Assembly (NCBI GenBank): GCA_951406725.2
Contig: OX597825.1
Span: forward strand, 14,900,001 to 14,962,000
Length of the DNA: 62,000 nucleotides
Direction of reading: 5' to 3'
From: Octopus vulgaris
Lineage: Eukaryota
Positions 13,742 to 24,649 of the stretch are shown one piece after another. Each line of letters starts with the position of its first letter. Position 1 is the stretch's first letter. The notes under the pieces were generated by a model that had not been told where the DNA came from, ran no database searches, and was given only the letters and a program-made list of their open reading frames with translations. Position numbers and translations under genes: made by a program.

Positions 13742-13952
13742 TACTCTTTTACTCTTTTACTTGTTTCAGTCATTTGACTGCGGCCATGCTGGAGCACCGC
13801 CTTTAGTCGAGCAAACAGTCCCCGGGACTTATTCTTTGTAAGCCCAGTACTTATTCTTTCGGTCTCTTTTGCCGAACCGCTAAGTTACGGGGACGTAAAC
13901 ACACCAGCATCGGTTGTCAAGCAATGCTAGGGGGACAAACACAGACACACAA

Positions 13953-14024
<72 letters not shown>

Positions 14025-14187
14025 GACAGGCTTCTTTCAGTTTCCGTCTACCAAATCCACTCGCAAGGCATTGGTCGGCCCGAGGCTATAGCAGAAGACA
14101 CTTACCCAAGGTGCCACGCAGTGGGACTGAACCCGGAACCATGTGGTTGGTTAGCAAGCTACTTACCACACAGCCACTCCTGCGCCT
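13742..14187 (-). mobile_element. tRNA-derived SINE, family B, full length
   Basis: Minus-strand head aggcgcaggagtggctgtgtggtaag...gggttcagtcccactgcgtggcaccttggg, an internal (TA)n/(CA)n tract, and a 3' tail taaaagagtaaaagagtaa. Confidence 0.9.
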
Positions 14188-15514
14188 ATGCATGCTTCTG
14201 CTAATTTATGTGTGTGTTTATCTTACTCTACGTATGTGTAACCAGCTGATACTTACTGAGCCAAAAAAAAGGGGGGTTACTACAAGAGAAAATATAGAAA
14301 TGTAATTACGACCGTAATTTATCGGATTGTTAACGGAATCTATGATATGTACATTGAAGAAATACTTTTTATTCAGAATATGTTTCTATTGATGTTCCAA
14401 AATTAAAAGTTGTCTTATTCCTGAATATGAATATAAACATGAACTGAATTTAAACAAGAAATCTTTACTTCCAAAGGAATTGTTACAGGTTAGATAGAAA
14501 TATAATTTTTTTTTTGTTTATTTAAATAGTTCCTCCAGTAGCGTTCGCCATATTGAGTTGACATTAGAAACGAGCTCACTGATCCAATTATCAAAAATCG
14601 ATATGCGGCTGCTATTTTTCACTTGTCAATAATTCCTCCGTGGTGTCTTATCTACAATAGGAATTACATTCTCACGTAGACTATAGTTCCGTTATTCGAA
14701 TCATACATGTCTACGAATTACTGAGTTTGATATTTCTTTGGAAGTTTGTTACAGTTTAGATATGTACAAATTGTCTCGTTTTTATGTTAGAAGAATAGTA
14801 TTGCTCCTTACATTTCGATCGAAGAATATTATTGTTCTCTTTTCGATCGTAATAAATACGATAGAAGATATTACTTAATCGTACCAACTTGTAGGCTTTA
14901 TATGGTTTAACAGCAGTTTATTATAAATTATTAAAATTCCTGTATTTCAGTGTAGATCAGATTTATAACGAGCAAATTTCAGATATCTTAAATAGTTTTG
15001 CTTTACAAAAGTGTGTGCAATAATATAAATGTATACCGGTATATAGGCTAGCATACAATATCGTTCTAAGGCCTGCCAAACAGAAAGACGTCACCAGCAT
15101 CCGGTCCAGCCACCCAGTTCAAAAAATTTCCGTTGTATTGCATTTAATGTTGCTGACATGATGACCTCGCTTCTAACAACTCCTTGTGGCCAGCCTTCAA
15201 CAGTAGCAGCCAAGCATATGGCCGCCGTCTCTATTCGGTTATCAAAGCCTGAATGCGCTGGTTCTCAGTAAGAAGCCTATGAAATTGTGTGTCAGTGCGT
15301 GCACGAGGGCGTGGGTGTTTTGTGTGTATGTCTTTAGTTTTAAACAATATAACTTAAGGATAGGCATCTTCAAGCTTTCAATTCTTGCTTTATATATTCA
15401 CTGAGTGGATATACAAATGAAAAGAAGCGCTGATTTACCTGCTACCGAACGGAAACGAGGAGCTATAGGTACTATAAATTGGAGCGATTTGGTTAGAATA
15501 TATTAAAGAATACC

Positions 15515-15744
15515 CATTTCTTTACTACCCACAAGGGGCTAAACACAGAGGGGACAAACAAGGACAGACAAAGGGATTAAGTCCATTATATCGACCCCCA
15601 GTGCGTAACTGGTACTAAATTTATCGACCCCGGAAGGATGAAAGGCAAAGTGGACCTCGGCGGAATTTGAACTCAGAACGTAAGACCAGACGAAATACCG
15701 GTCAGCATTTCACCCGGCGTGCTAACGTTTCTGCCAGCTCGCCG
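15515..15744 (-). mobile_element. SINE family A, full length
   Basis: Reverse complement of family A. Perfect 17-bp TSD atatattaaagaatacc at 15498-15514 and 15745-15761. Confidence 0.92.
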
Positions 15745-15813
15745 ATATATTAAAGAATACCGGATTATACTACACTTGCACTGAGTCCTGTAATTTATCC
15801 CCTCTTGTGAATA

Positions 15814-15814
<1 letters not shown>

Positions 15815-15873
<59 letters not shown>

Positions 15874-16075
15874 TATATAGATAGATAGATACATACATAC
15901 ATATATAAATATATATATATATGTGTGTTTGTGTTTGTGTGTGTGTGCGAGTGTATATATATATATATATGTGTGTTTTTGTATATATACACATACATAC
16001 ATATACACACATATTCATATATGTGTGTATCTAAGTATATTGATTCATACATATATACATACTTGAGTAGGTATA
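15815..16075. repeat. compound (TA)/(TG) microsatellite
   Basis: Directly visible. Confidence 0.95.
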
Positions 16076-16829
16076 TATCATAACCTTCATAACGTGATTA
16101 AACCGTTTCTGTCGATTGTGGATCTATGCAGAGACTTGCACTGAACTCTGCGCTCGTAGAGGCGACATTTCGATGTTTGTTGATATAGCATACATTTCTA
16201 AGATGTTTCTTCTTCACTTTCATGAAAGCAGCATTTCATATGTATTATTAGCAATATAAAACGACAACTGTCTCTTTGATTTCATCTCATATTCTCAATT
16301 GTTTGCAGATCAAACGATATGAAAAATCCATTTTTAAAAAATGAATTACACCGCCGCAATAAAGCAACATTCTGTTGTAGTTTGTATTCTGCATTCTGTC
16401 ATCTACACAGGACTTCAATAGTGGAATGAATATAGCAAAATATATAAATCTAACATAAAGCTATTTTTGCAGGTACGTTGCTGCTGCTGCTGCTGCTGCT
16501 GTATTCCGAGAGTGGAAGTTCCATTTGTCTTCTTGATAAAAATGAAATAGATCTACGTCTTATTTGCTGTTCAGTTCACTTGCAGTAATGATATATATAT
16601 TCCGAGATCACCTGACTGAAGTAACTTTGCTGAAGAATACACGCAATTGCATACACATTGATCACAGGGATATATCGATATATCTATCTATCTATCTATC
16701 TCTATTTATCTATCTGTCCATGTATCTATCTGTATATATGTATATAACGGGAAGCTTTATGAAAATAAACAAAAGACGAAGGCAGGTGGAGTACAAACAA
16801 ACAATTGTATTAATAAGGCGCTCAGGAAT

Positions 16830-16901
16830 ATAAATAAAACAAGTCTTTTATGTTTCGAGCCTACGCTCCTCAACATATACATATATATAATTTATACATA
16901 T

Positions 16902-16971
<70 letters not shown>

Positions 16972-17190
16972 TTACATATATATATACATATATATATATA
17001 GTTAATCCGAACAAGAAAGCACAAAAAAAAACACAACAACGCGAGGACGTGGAACAAATATAGTATTATTGGACGCTCAGGAAGGAAGGGAAGAAGGAGG
17101 GTTTAACGATTCGAGTGATGCTCTTTGTCGGAAACATAGGAGAAGGAAAAATCCAGAGAAGGGAAGACAGAGGGAAAATATCGACAACAC
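16830..17190 (-). mobile_element. interspersed repeat with Penelope-like terminus (interrupted by (CA)/(TA)n)
   Basis: gtttcgagcctacgctcctc and ttaacgattcgagtgatgctctttgtcggaaac resemble PLE 3' ends read on the minus strand. The classification is from recall only. Confidence 0.35.
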
Positions 17191-17345
17191 GTCCCCGTAA
17201 CTTAGTGATTCGGCAAAAGAAGCCGATAGAATAAGTACTAGGCTTACATAGAATAAGTCCTGGTGTCGATTTCCTCGACTAAAGGCGCTGCTCCACCATG
17301 GCCGAAGTCAAAAATGACTGAAACAAATAAAAGAGTAAAATAGTC
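17190..17345 (+). mobile_element. SINE family B, 3' part
   Basis: gtccccgtaacttag...gatagaataagtactaggcttac...atgactgaaacaaataaaagagtaaaa matches the 3' half of the 13742-14187 copy. Confidence 0.85.
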
Positions 17346-17559
17346 ACTTTGATCAAGTAAAATTATCCAAGGCGGTGCTCCAGCATGGCAGCTGTCTAAT
17401 TAATGAAACTGCATATTTTAAAGGAATCTGCTATATCAAGCCATCATTGTTCCGCGAGTAGCCATTCATTGCAGAGATGTATATGTTCTTTTAGTATGTA
17501 TTGACTCTATAAGGTTAGTCGCCATCCGGGCAGATGTAATGAAGTATAACAGGTTCAAT

Positions 17560-17912
17560 GAAGGGGGTCTGATATTTTCGTGTGTACACGATTTATTTTA
17601 TCAGTAGGTGGAAATATACATTGCAAAATTTGTTGTTCATAATTCGTCCTATCTATGAGATTTGTAGCCAAAACTGAAGCCTAGAGAAAGTGTCCGGCGG
17701 GCATTGTGACTGAGTTTCAGACGAACCGCGCTCAGAATGTATTCCATACAAATAAGATTCAATGTTGGTTTATTCATAAGCTGCAAAGTAACGAAGAGCA
17801 GCGGACGAAATATTTGACAGCGTATATATTTGCTCGTGTATGCTGTGAATTGAAATAACATTTAGATGAAGTTGTCGACGATCGTAAATTTGATAAGTTC
17901 CTGTCTCAGTAT
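17560..17912 (+). mobile_element. possible mariner 5' remnant (HTH)
   Basis: MRFVAKTEA*RKCPAGIVTEFQTNRAQNVFHTNKIQCWF weakly resembles the mariner N-terminal HTH. The ends look TIR-like. Confidence 0.25.
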
Positions 17913-17974
17913 ATGCGTTTATATACATGCATAAAAGCACAGTTCCTCATAAATTTACATCTGTACATATATAC

Positions 17975-17992
17975 ATACATATATGCATAAAA

Positions 17993-18037
<45 letters not shown>

Positions 18038-18212
18038 CTGTACACCACTTCAAATAATCTATAGATAAGCTCACATACACACATGTGTATATATATAGAT
18101 AGATAGATAAATAGATAGATAGGTAGACAGACAGATAGATATATAGACAGACAGACAGATATATAGACAGACAGACAGGCATATAGATATATCGACAGAC
18201 AGACAGACAGAC

Positions 18213-18283
<71 letters not shown>

Positions 18284-18310
18284 CAGATAGATAGATAGAT
18301 ACACATGCAT
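17975..18310. repeat. (CA)n and (GATA)/(GACA)n microsatellites
   Basis: Directly visible. Confidence 0.95.
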
Positions 18311-18481
18311 ATAAGAATAAGCGTATGTATATACAAAAGTTTATTCACACTCATAGTCACACACATGCGCTCTCAAACACACACACACACACTAACACAT
18401 TAATACATACACACACGTATCGTTATATATTTTATTTCTATTATACGGCCATAGTGTAAACAAATATCGTATATATATCGT

Positions 18482-18518
<37 letters not shown>

Positions 18519-18544
18519 ACGTACATTGTTTATAAAAGAATTTG

Positions 18545-20150
18545 TGTATCATTTCCTCTCCTTGGCCATGTTCCTCTTAAGTATAGACAAATATCACCAC
18601 TATCATTATTAACTATCTGTCATTATAATGTAAAAGGATATTTCAGCCTAGAACGTCTTAATTATAATCTTATAATCTTTTGCCAGTATGATAAAGTATT
18701 TTTAACAAAGACTGAAAAAGATTTGCTCCCTATTTAGATTATAGCTGTTCTGGTATTAATCCTCGTCTTTGTAGTCACCTATTACTTTGCGTATATTTTT
18801 ACTATTTATTGTTTATCCTGCATTCCGAATCGTTATATTTTTCATACTGTAGAGCATTCTGTAAGTATTACTTTCGCCAGTCTGCAGATCTTTATGCTTG
18901 CATAACTCATCCGTTCTTTTTGAAGCAGATATTCACTTGTCAGGATGAATGCGCCTTCTTCTGACAGCGTATTTGAATTAATCAGCATATATAACTTCTA
19001 TCAAATTTCCATTTTGTCATTCCTAAACAGATCATGTAATGTATATTCTGTAATCTGTTTCCTGCATAAATTCCATTTTCTTTTTACACAACCATCATTA
19101 GTCGCTTGTTATATATTACTAAAGTATTATTAATGTTATATGGTATTACTTTCTTATATAATATTTCATATCAGTCGATGGTAAAATAAGTAGGTTATCG
19201 AACGTCATTTGTTGTATCTCGGGTGGATTATTATGCCAATTAAAATCACATGCAATAGTCTTTAGATAGGGTATGCCCTTGATAAAGTTGCGAACGGTAA
19301 CAGAGTGACTTTGGCAGATTTGATTAATAAAAAAACCGGTTAGTTAATTGGTTAAATGGTAGATCAATAGGTTAAAAAAATTAAAGATATGAAACAGAAC
19401 CAATGAATATATTTATTATAGACATAACGACCCTCCCAATATACAGCAAAATATGCTTCAGCAAACGGTTTCATATCAGGAAAATTTACGAACCAAAAAG
19501 AAAATCGAAAATAGTTTTTGACAATTAATTAAGACAAGTAAAGTCCGCTTTCGAAACCATCCAGTACATATCATTTCCATTCTTCCAATATACAAGGTAA
19601 AAGTATACAAATTATTATACAGTCAATTTTATCTAGTCTTTGACTGAACCCATATTGTGTAGCCCCAATCGAAGAAATTCGGTACATAAATGTTAAGAGA
19701 TATGAAAGTAATGTTTGGTTACAACTAAACATTACTTTCATATCTCTTAACATTTATGTACCGATTCCGGGAGTTTTTAAAGTATATAACTAAGTGTTGA
19801 CTAAGTCATCCCGAAATCAGTTGCTTTAGATTACGTATGCGCAGATGCCATGTACTGATTTCGAAGAGTATTCGTAGGTGAACGCATTGAAAATACTTCA
19901 AGTTCACTTCCGATGTAATATATTATTTTACTTGACTAACCTACATGAATGGTAGTATCACAAAGGCTTGCTGGGAAAGTAACCCGTTATTTACATCTAG
20001 ACACTGGTATATTTTTGATAGCCTACTGGTTTGATATTTCCCTTATGCTTTCATATGAAGTTTTATTTTTTCCACTTGAAAGCCAGTATTTCAATGATTG
20101 CGACGTAATTTGTTGTTGTAATTTGATTCTCCTCACTCTCGTTGATTTCT
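18545..20150 (-). pseudogene. decayed leucine-rich-repeat protein gene (LRR array + LRRCT-like cap)
   Basis: Minus-strand segments matching LxxLxLxxNxL..F..L: CLDVNNGLLSQQAFVILPFM; YRISSIGATQYGFSQRLDKID; KNGNDMYWMVSKADFTCLN*L; IDLPFNQLTN; WHNNPPEIQQMTFDNLLILPSTDMKY; IYAGNRLQNIHYMICLGMTKWKFDRSY; NTLSEEGAF; IGSKSFS. These end in YPFTL**QI (18614-18640), which resembles LRRCT NPFxCxCxI. Many stops and frameshifts; no introns evident. Confidence 0.5.
19679..19764. repeat. perfect inverted repeat, 38-bp arms, 10-nt loop
   Basis: tcggtacataaatgttaagagatatgaaagtaatgttt (19679-19716) is the exact reverse complement of 19727-19764. Loop ggttacaact. Confidence 0.95.
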
Positions 20151-20713
20151 TTGTTTCTTTTTTATTTTAAGCCCCCTGTTTTCTTCTTCACCTCATCTTT
20201 TATATACCTGTGTACAGGACGTAATTAGAACTTTAAAAAACACCGCGAAACTAAGGCTCGTCTTATATACTCTGTATAAAATCTGAAACTTAAATTCATC
20301 TGGTTTAGAGTAGCATTAATGTCAATGTAAAAAAGTCGACGCATCAGTGGCGTCACTACAGTAGATATGTATTATAGATGGTAATTTACAATATTTGACC
20401 ACGTTTTGAAAATAACTAGATAAATACTATACAACCAAGACTGAAGAATTGTTGCATACAAAGTTTACTGACTGAAACATAGTTAAAATGCCATCGAAAC
20501 ACGAGAAAAGCAGGAGCCGCCGCAGGGGGAACCAAAGCGCACCCGTCCACTTCAGCTATGAAACTCGAGCCTTCGGCGCTCGAGCTATTTTGCATGAAAA
20601 CTTGGGTTAGACTTATATAGCAAGTATGGCTCAAAACTCACACTTTCAATGGAAATCTTGAGGGTCATCTTGTAAAGCCAGTCATTTTATATAACGATAT
20701 ATATATATATATA

Positions 20714-20745
<32 letters not shown>

Positions 20746-20764
20746 GTGGCGATTAAACTACTCT

Positions 20765-20799
<35 letters not shown>

Positions 20800-21167
20800 A
20801 CGTGCGTGTGTATGTATGATGTATGCATGTATATATGTGTGTGACAATACGCTTTTAAAATGTACTTACATATATAAAATTTATTGACGCCTGTTCAAGA
20901 ACATAAAAAAGTAGCCATTGTTATTTCATTAGATTCAAAAGCTTTATTTATGTTTTAAAAAGGAGACATAGTAAATACTTTCTTTGCCATAATTCGATTT
21001 AAATTCTTACAATTCCATAACAAAATGTATCAGTGGCGTCTTGCATCTAAAATTAACAGCAACTTTTGGTCTTTTGACAAAAAAATAAAAGCAAGTTGAA
21101 TAACTTAGAGACGGACATTTGCTAACTATTCGAAAATATATTTCGGATTATATTATTTCCGTTGACG

Positions 21168-21576
21168 AAGGCGGCGAGCTGGCAGAAACGTTAGCACACC
21201 GGGCGAAATGCTTAGGGGTATTTCGTCTGCCGCTGCGTTCTGAATTCAAATTCCGCCGAGGTCGACTCAGCCTTTCATCCTTTCGGGGTCGATTAAATAA
21301 GTACCAGTTACGCACTGGGGTCGATATAATCGACTTCATCCTTTTGTCTGTCCTTGTTTGCACCTCTATGTTTAGCCCCTTGTGGGTAGTAAAGAAATAA
21401 GAAACGTTTGAACGCCGGGCGAAATGCTTTGCGGTACTTTGTCTCTCATTACGTTCTGAATTGAAATTCAGGCTTTCAGGGTCGATAAATTAAGTACCAG
21501 TTGCGTACTGAGATCAATCCAATCCACTAGCCCCCTTCTCAAATATTTCGGACCTTGTGCCTAGAGTAGGAAAGAA
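21168..21576 (+). mobile_element. dimeric family-A-related SINE
   Basis: A full family A copy (~21170-21403) is followed by a second monomer with a different tail. A perfect 14-bp direct repeat tatttccgttgacg at 21154-21167 and 21577-21590 flanks both. Confidence 0.8.
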
Positions 21577-22128
21577 TATTTCCGTTGACGTCATTTCGAG
21601 AAAATATATTGCGAGTTTGTTTTATTTTTATTCTTATTTTTGCCGATGAAATATGAGGAAAAAAGGTTTAGTTTTAAATCGTCGTATTGTACTCGTTGAT
21701 CTCTTACCGACATTGCAGATCTTTCTCAGAATATTACTGCGGTCACCAAATTGTTGTTAGATCTGTATTCTAATATATTTCGAACAATGAAATTTCAGCA
21801 GATAAATCTACCTGCACTGCATCGAATGCTGTGCAGAGCGATACCTTGTCATTCACTTCTCACAGTAAGATAATTTATTGATTCTTAATTCTTATATCCA
21901 TACTACTAATTATCGTTTCTGCCTACCTCTACACTGCTCCATTTTTCCCTTTCAATCATGTAAAATATGCTAAACGTACACCGGGGAACTCCTTACTTAA
22001 AATATGTTATGAAGAGCAGTACGACAGATGATGCCTAGTAGATGTATGCGGTGAAATTGCTCTCAAGTCAAACCACTAGGGACATAACCAAGACATAGTT
22101 TAGATACAACATTCTAAAGTCTCCTTGA

Positions 22129-22190
<62 letters not shown>

Positions 22191-22426
22191 AGAAAAAATA
22201 GAAAATGCTACAATAATTTTATAAAGAACAGTTCAGTACCGGTTTCAATTATTGAGATTTTTTCAACTGTAACAATTAAATTATTAGATTTAGAAAAATT
22301 AAGAGAAAAGTTTTTTAAAAAGAATATTTGTATAGTGTTCAAGTATAAGTGGTATTTTCCTTGTTTCTGCCTGTCTCTGTCTCTCTTGTTTACTCTTGTG
22401 GGCTCGAGGTCATTGTGGTCTCGAGG

Positions 22427-22472
<46 letters not shown>

Positions 22473-24649
22473 TGAGAGCAATATTCCTTTCATGAATGGA
22501 ATGTATGTATTCACAGTGTTCCAGTATTTCAATTCAATATGGAAATATTACATATGTTTTGTGTTCATATGTCAAACATAATTCCAATTGTGGTTGTAAT
22601 AATTTTAAAAGCTATTTTCATCCTTAATCAGTTAATTTTAGGTGATTTTAATTTCAATATCACTTACTCTATTCCTAGTTTTTCCTTATCTCTCTCTATA
22701 TATATACAATGTTTTTTGAGAGCGGCTCCAAATATAACTATATTTCATAAAAGATATATCGATTGCTTCTGGTCATCCTGAGATATATATATATATGTAT
22801 ATAATCCAGGTTATATTCTATTGCAGTGAGTGATTTAACAATCAGTTATTGTATTTCAGCTGTATTTTTTATGATCTCAAAGAAGGTTGAGCATCAAAAG
22901 TAAATTAATACTAAAGCGCTTTCTTAGCTCCGTCGAACAGAGAATTATTTCGAAGCATTCGAGTTAGTATCTCAATATTGTAACGTATTTTATGCTTTTT
23001 ATGCCCCGGTTTATATTTCCGGTTTGCTAAAAATATCTTTCTTAAATGTTGGTGTCCTACAGGCATTCTGTTGCAAAATACTATCTGATATAATGCTGTC
23101 TGTAATATAGGTGAATGTCAGATTTAATATTTTGATTGGAAATAATTTTAATAGAACCAACATTGTTAAGAACACTTTTTTTGCAGTTTCTGTATTTTTA
23201 TATTCATGCAATTTTTTTTTTTTATAAAATGTTGGAAGCTTTTATCAATTATAAAAATTACTTTTCCCATATGTTTCTTGTAGCAGTTCCATTTCATTTA
23301 CATTTCTTTATATTTTATATTATTTTATATTTTTCGTGATCGGAAATTTATTGTCTGTAATGATTTCATTCATTACAATGGTGACATTTCAATTTGGATA
23401 ATAAAATAATAAATTTACATTTCTATACATATAAATATGCATGGATATATGCGTATGAATGTGTGCAATTTATCATTGAATGGAATTCAAAAATCGTTTA
23501 TAATAATAATATCAAAGCAATGTTTGTAAGAAAGAAATTGTAATTACTATAATTACTTTATTCAAAGATGTTGATATTTTCAGATGTGACATGCCTGACT
23601 AAACTTGAGAAATATCGACATGCGTCGCTGAACAATCCATTAGCAATGACACACAAATAAATTCATAAAATTAATTCACATCTCAATGCTGTTAAACACT
23701 TTATATTTTAATTGATTCAATATTTTCTTGACGTTCTGCGAATGATTTGCATTTATATAATTTTAACTATGTTTCTATTTTCGTAACAATTTTTATATTA
23801 CTAGCATCAAACAGCGACAGTTTTTACTTGTATTTAAATTCATTACATTATTGTTTCTATATTGAATTTATATATATTTATTCATTTTTTCCTCATCAAA
23901 ACTCAATCATGTTCGAATGCATTTTAATTTAATAACAAAATTTAATGTATTATTTTTTCCAATGAGTTTTGCATAATACGTTTCAAAATTTCCAAGTATT
24001 TACATGCTTCTGGATTTAAGTATCAAACTTTCAAATACCGTATATTTCCTGGGGTTACTGAAGAGTAAATGTTGTCTGTAGGTGTAGGTCAATATCGATG
24101 TATATATACAGTAATCATTATATATTTATGTTTAGCAATTTAGCAATTAAAAAATAATTTCTGTATAGCATTAAATGATTCCTTAAACTACAAACAAGAT
24201 TATTTTTGTGTTATATTCTCAGATTAAGGCAGGAATATATATATGCCTGAAGTATTAAAGGAATTATTCAGTTAGTTCAACAGTTTTTTAAGAGCACCTA
24301 GCATTTACACTTCCTCGAATAAAGTGACAAATAAGCATTTTTTCTGGAAATTCTATCATGTTATTAAATTCCATTAATTGGTTTGGCAAATATATACACT
24401 TATACTTTTTGTGGCGTTGCTACAACGAGAGGAAAACATTAAAAAGACATTATGCTTCTAATAAAATTAGTACAGAACACATGCAGTAAAAGCTACGAAT
24501 AACAACAGAAAAAATAAACTGCTTTCAAACGCGGTTCACACATTTTTAAAGTACTACCGAACAGATGTTATTGAGTTATGAACAAACACGGACTGCACAT
24601 AAACATGCCTGGCAAGGTAAAAATAAATATTAATTGCTAATAAACAGAC

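Noticed and set aside
16473-16585. Signal-peptide-like TLLLLLLLLYSESGS after an acceptor
   Set aside because: The poly-Leu is simply a (CTG)n microsatellite. There is no start codon, no strong donor and no recognised family.
18545-18950. GPCR-like reading on the plus strand (LSIDKY, hydrophobic stretches)
   Set aside because: It needs three frames, and hydrophobic translations are expected from T-rich DNA. The minus strand gives a more coherent LRR/LRRCT pattern.
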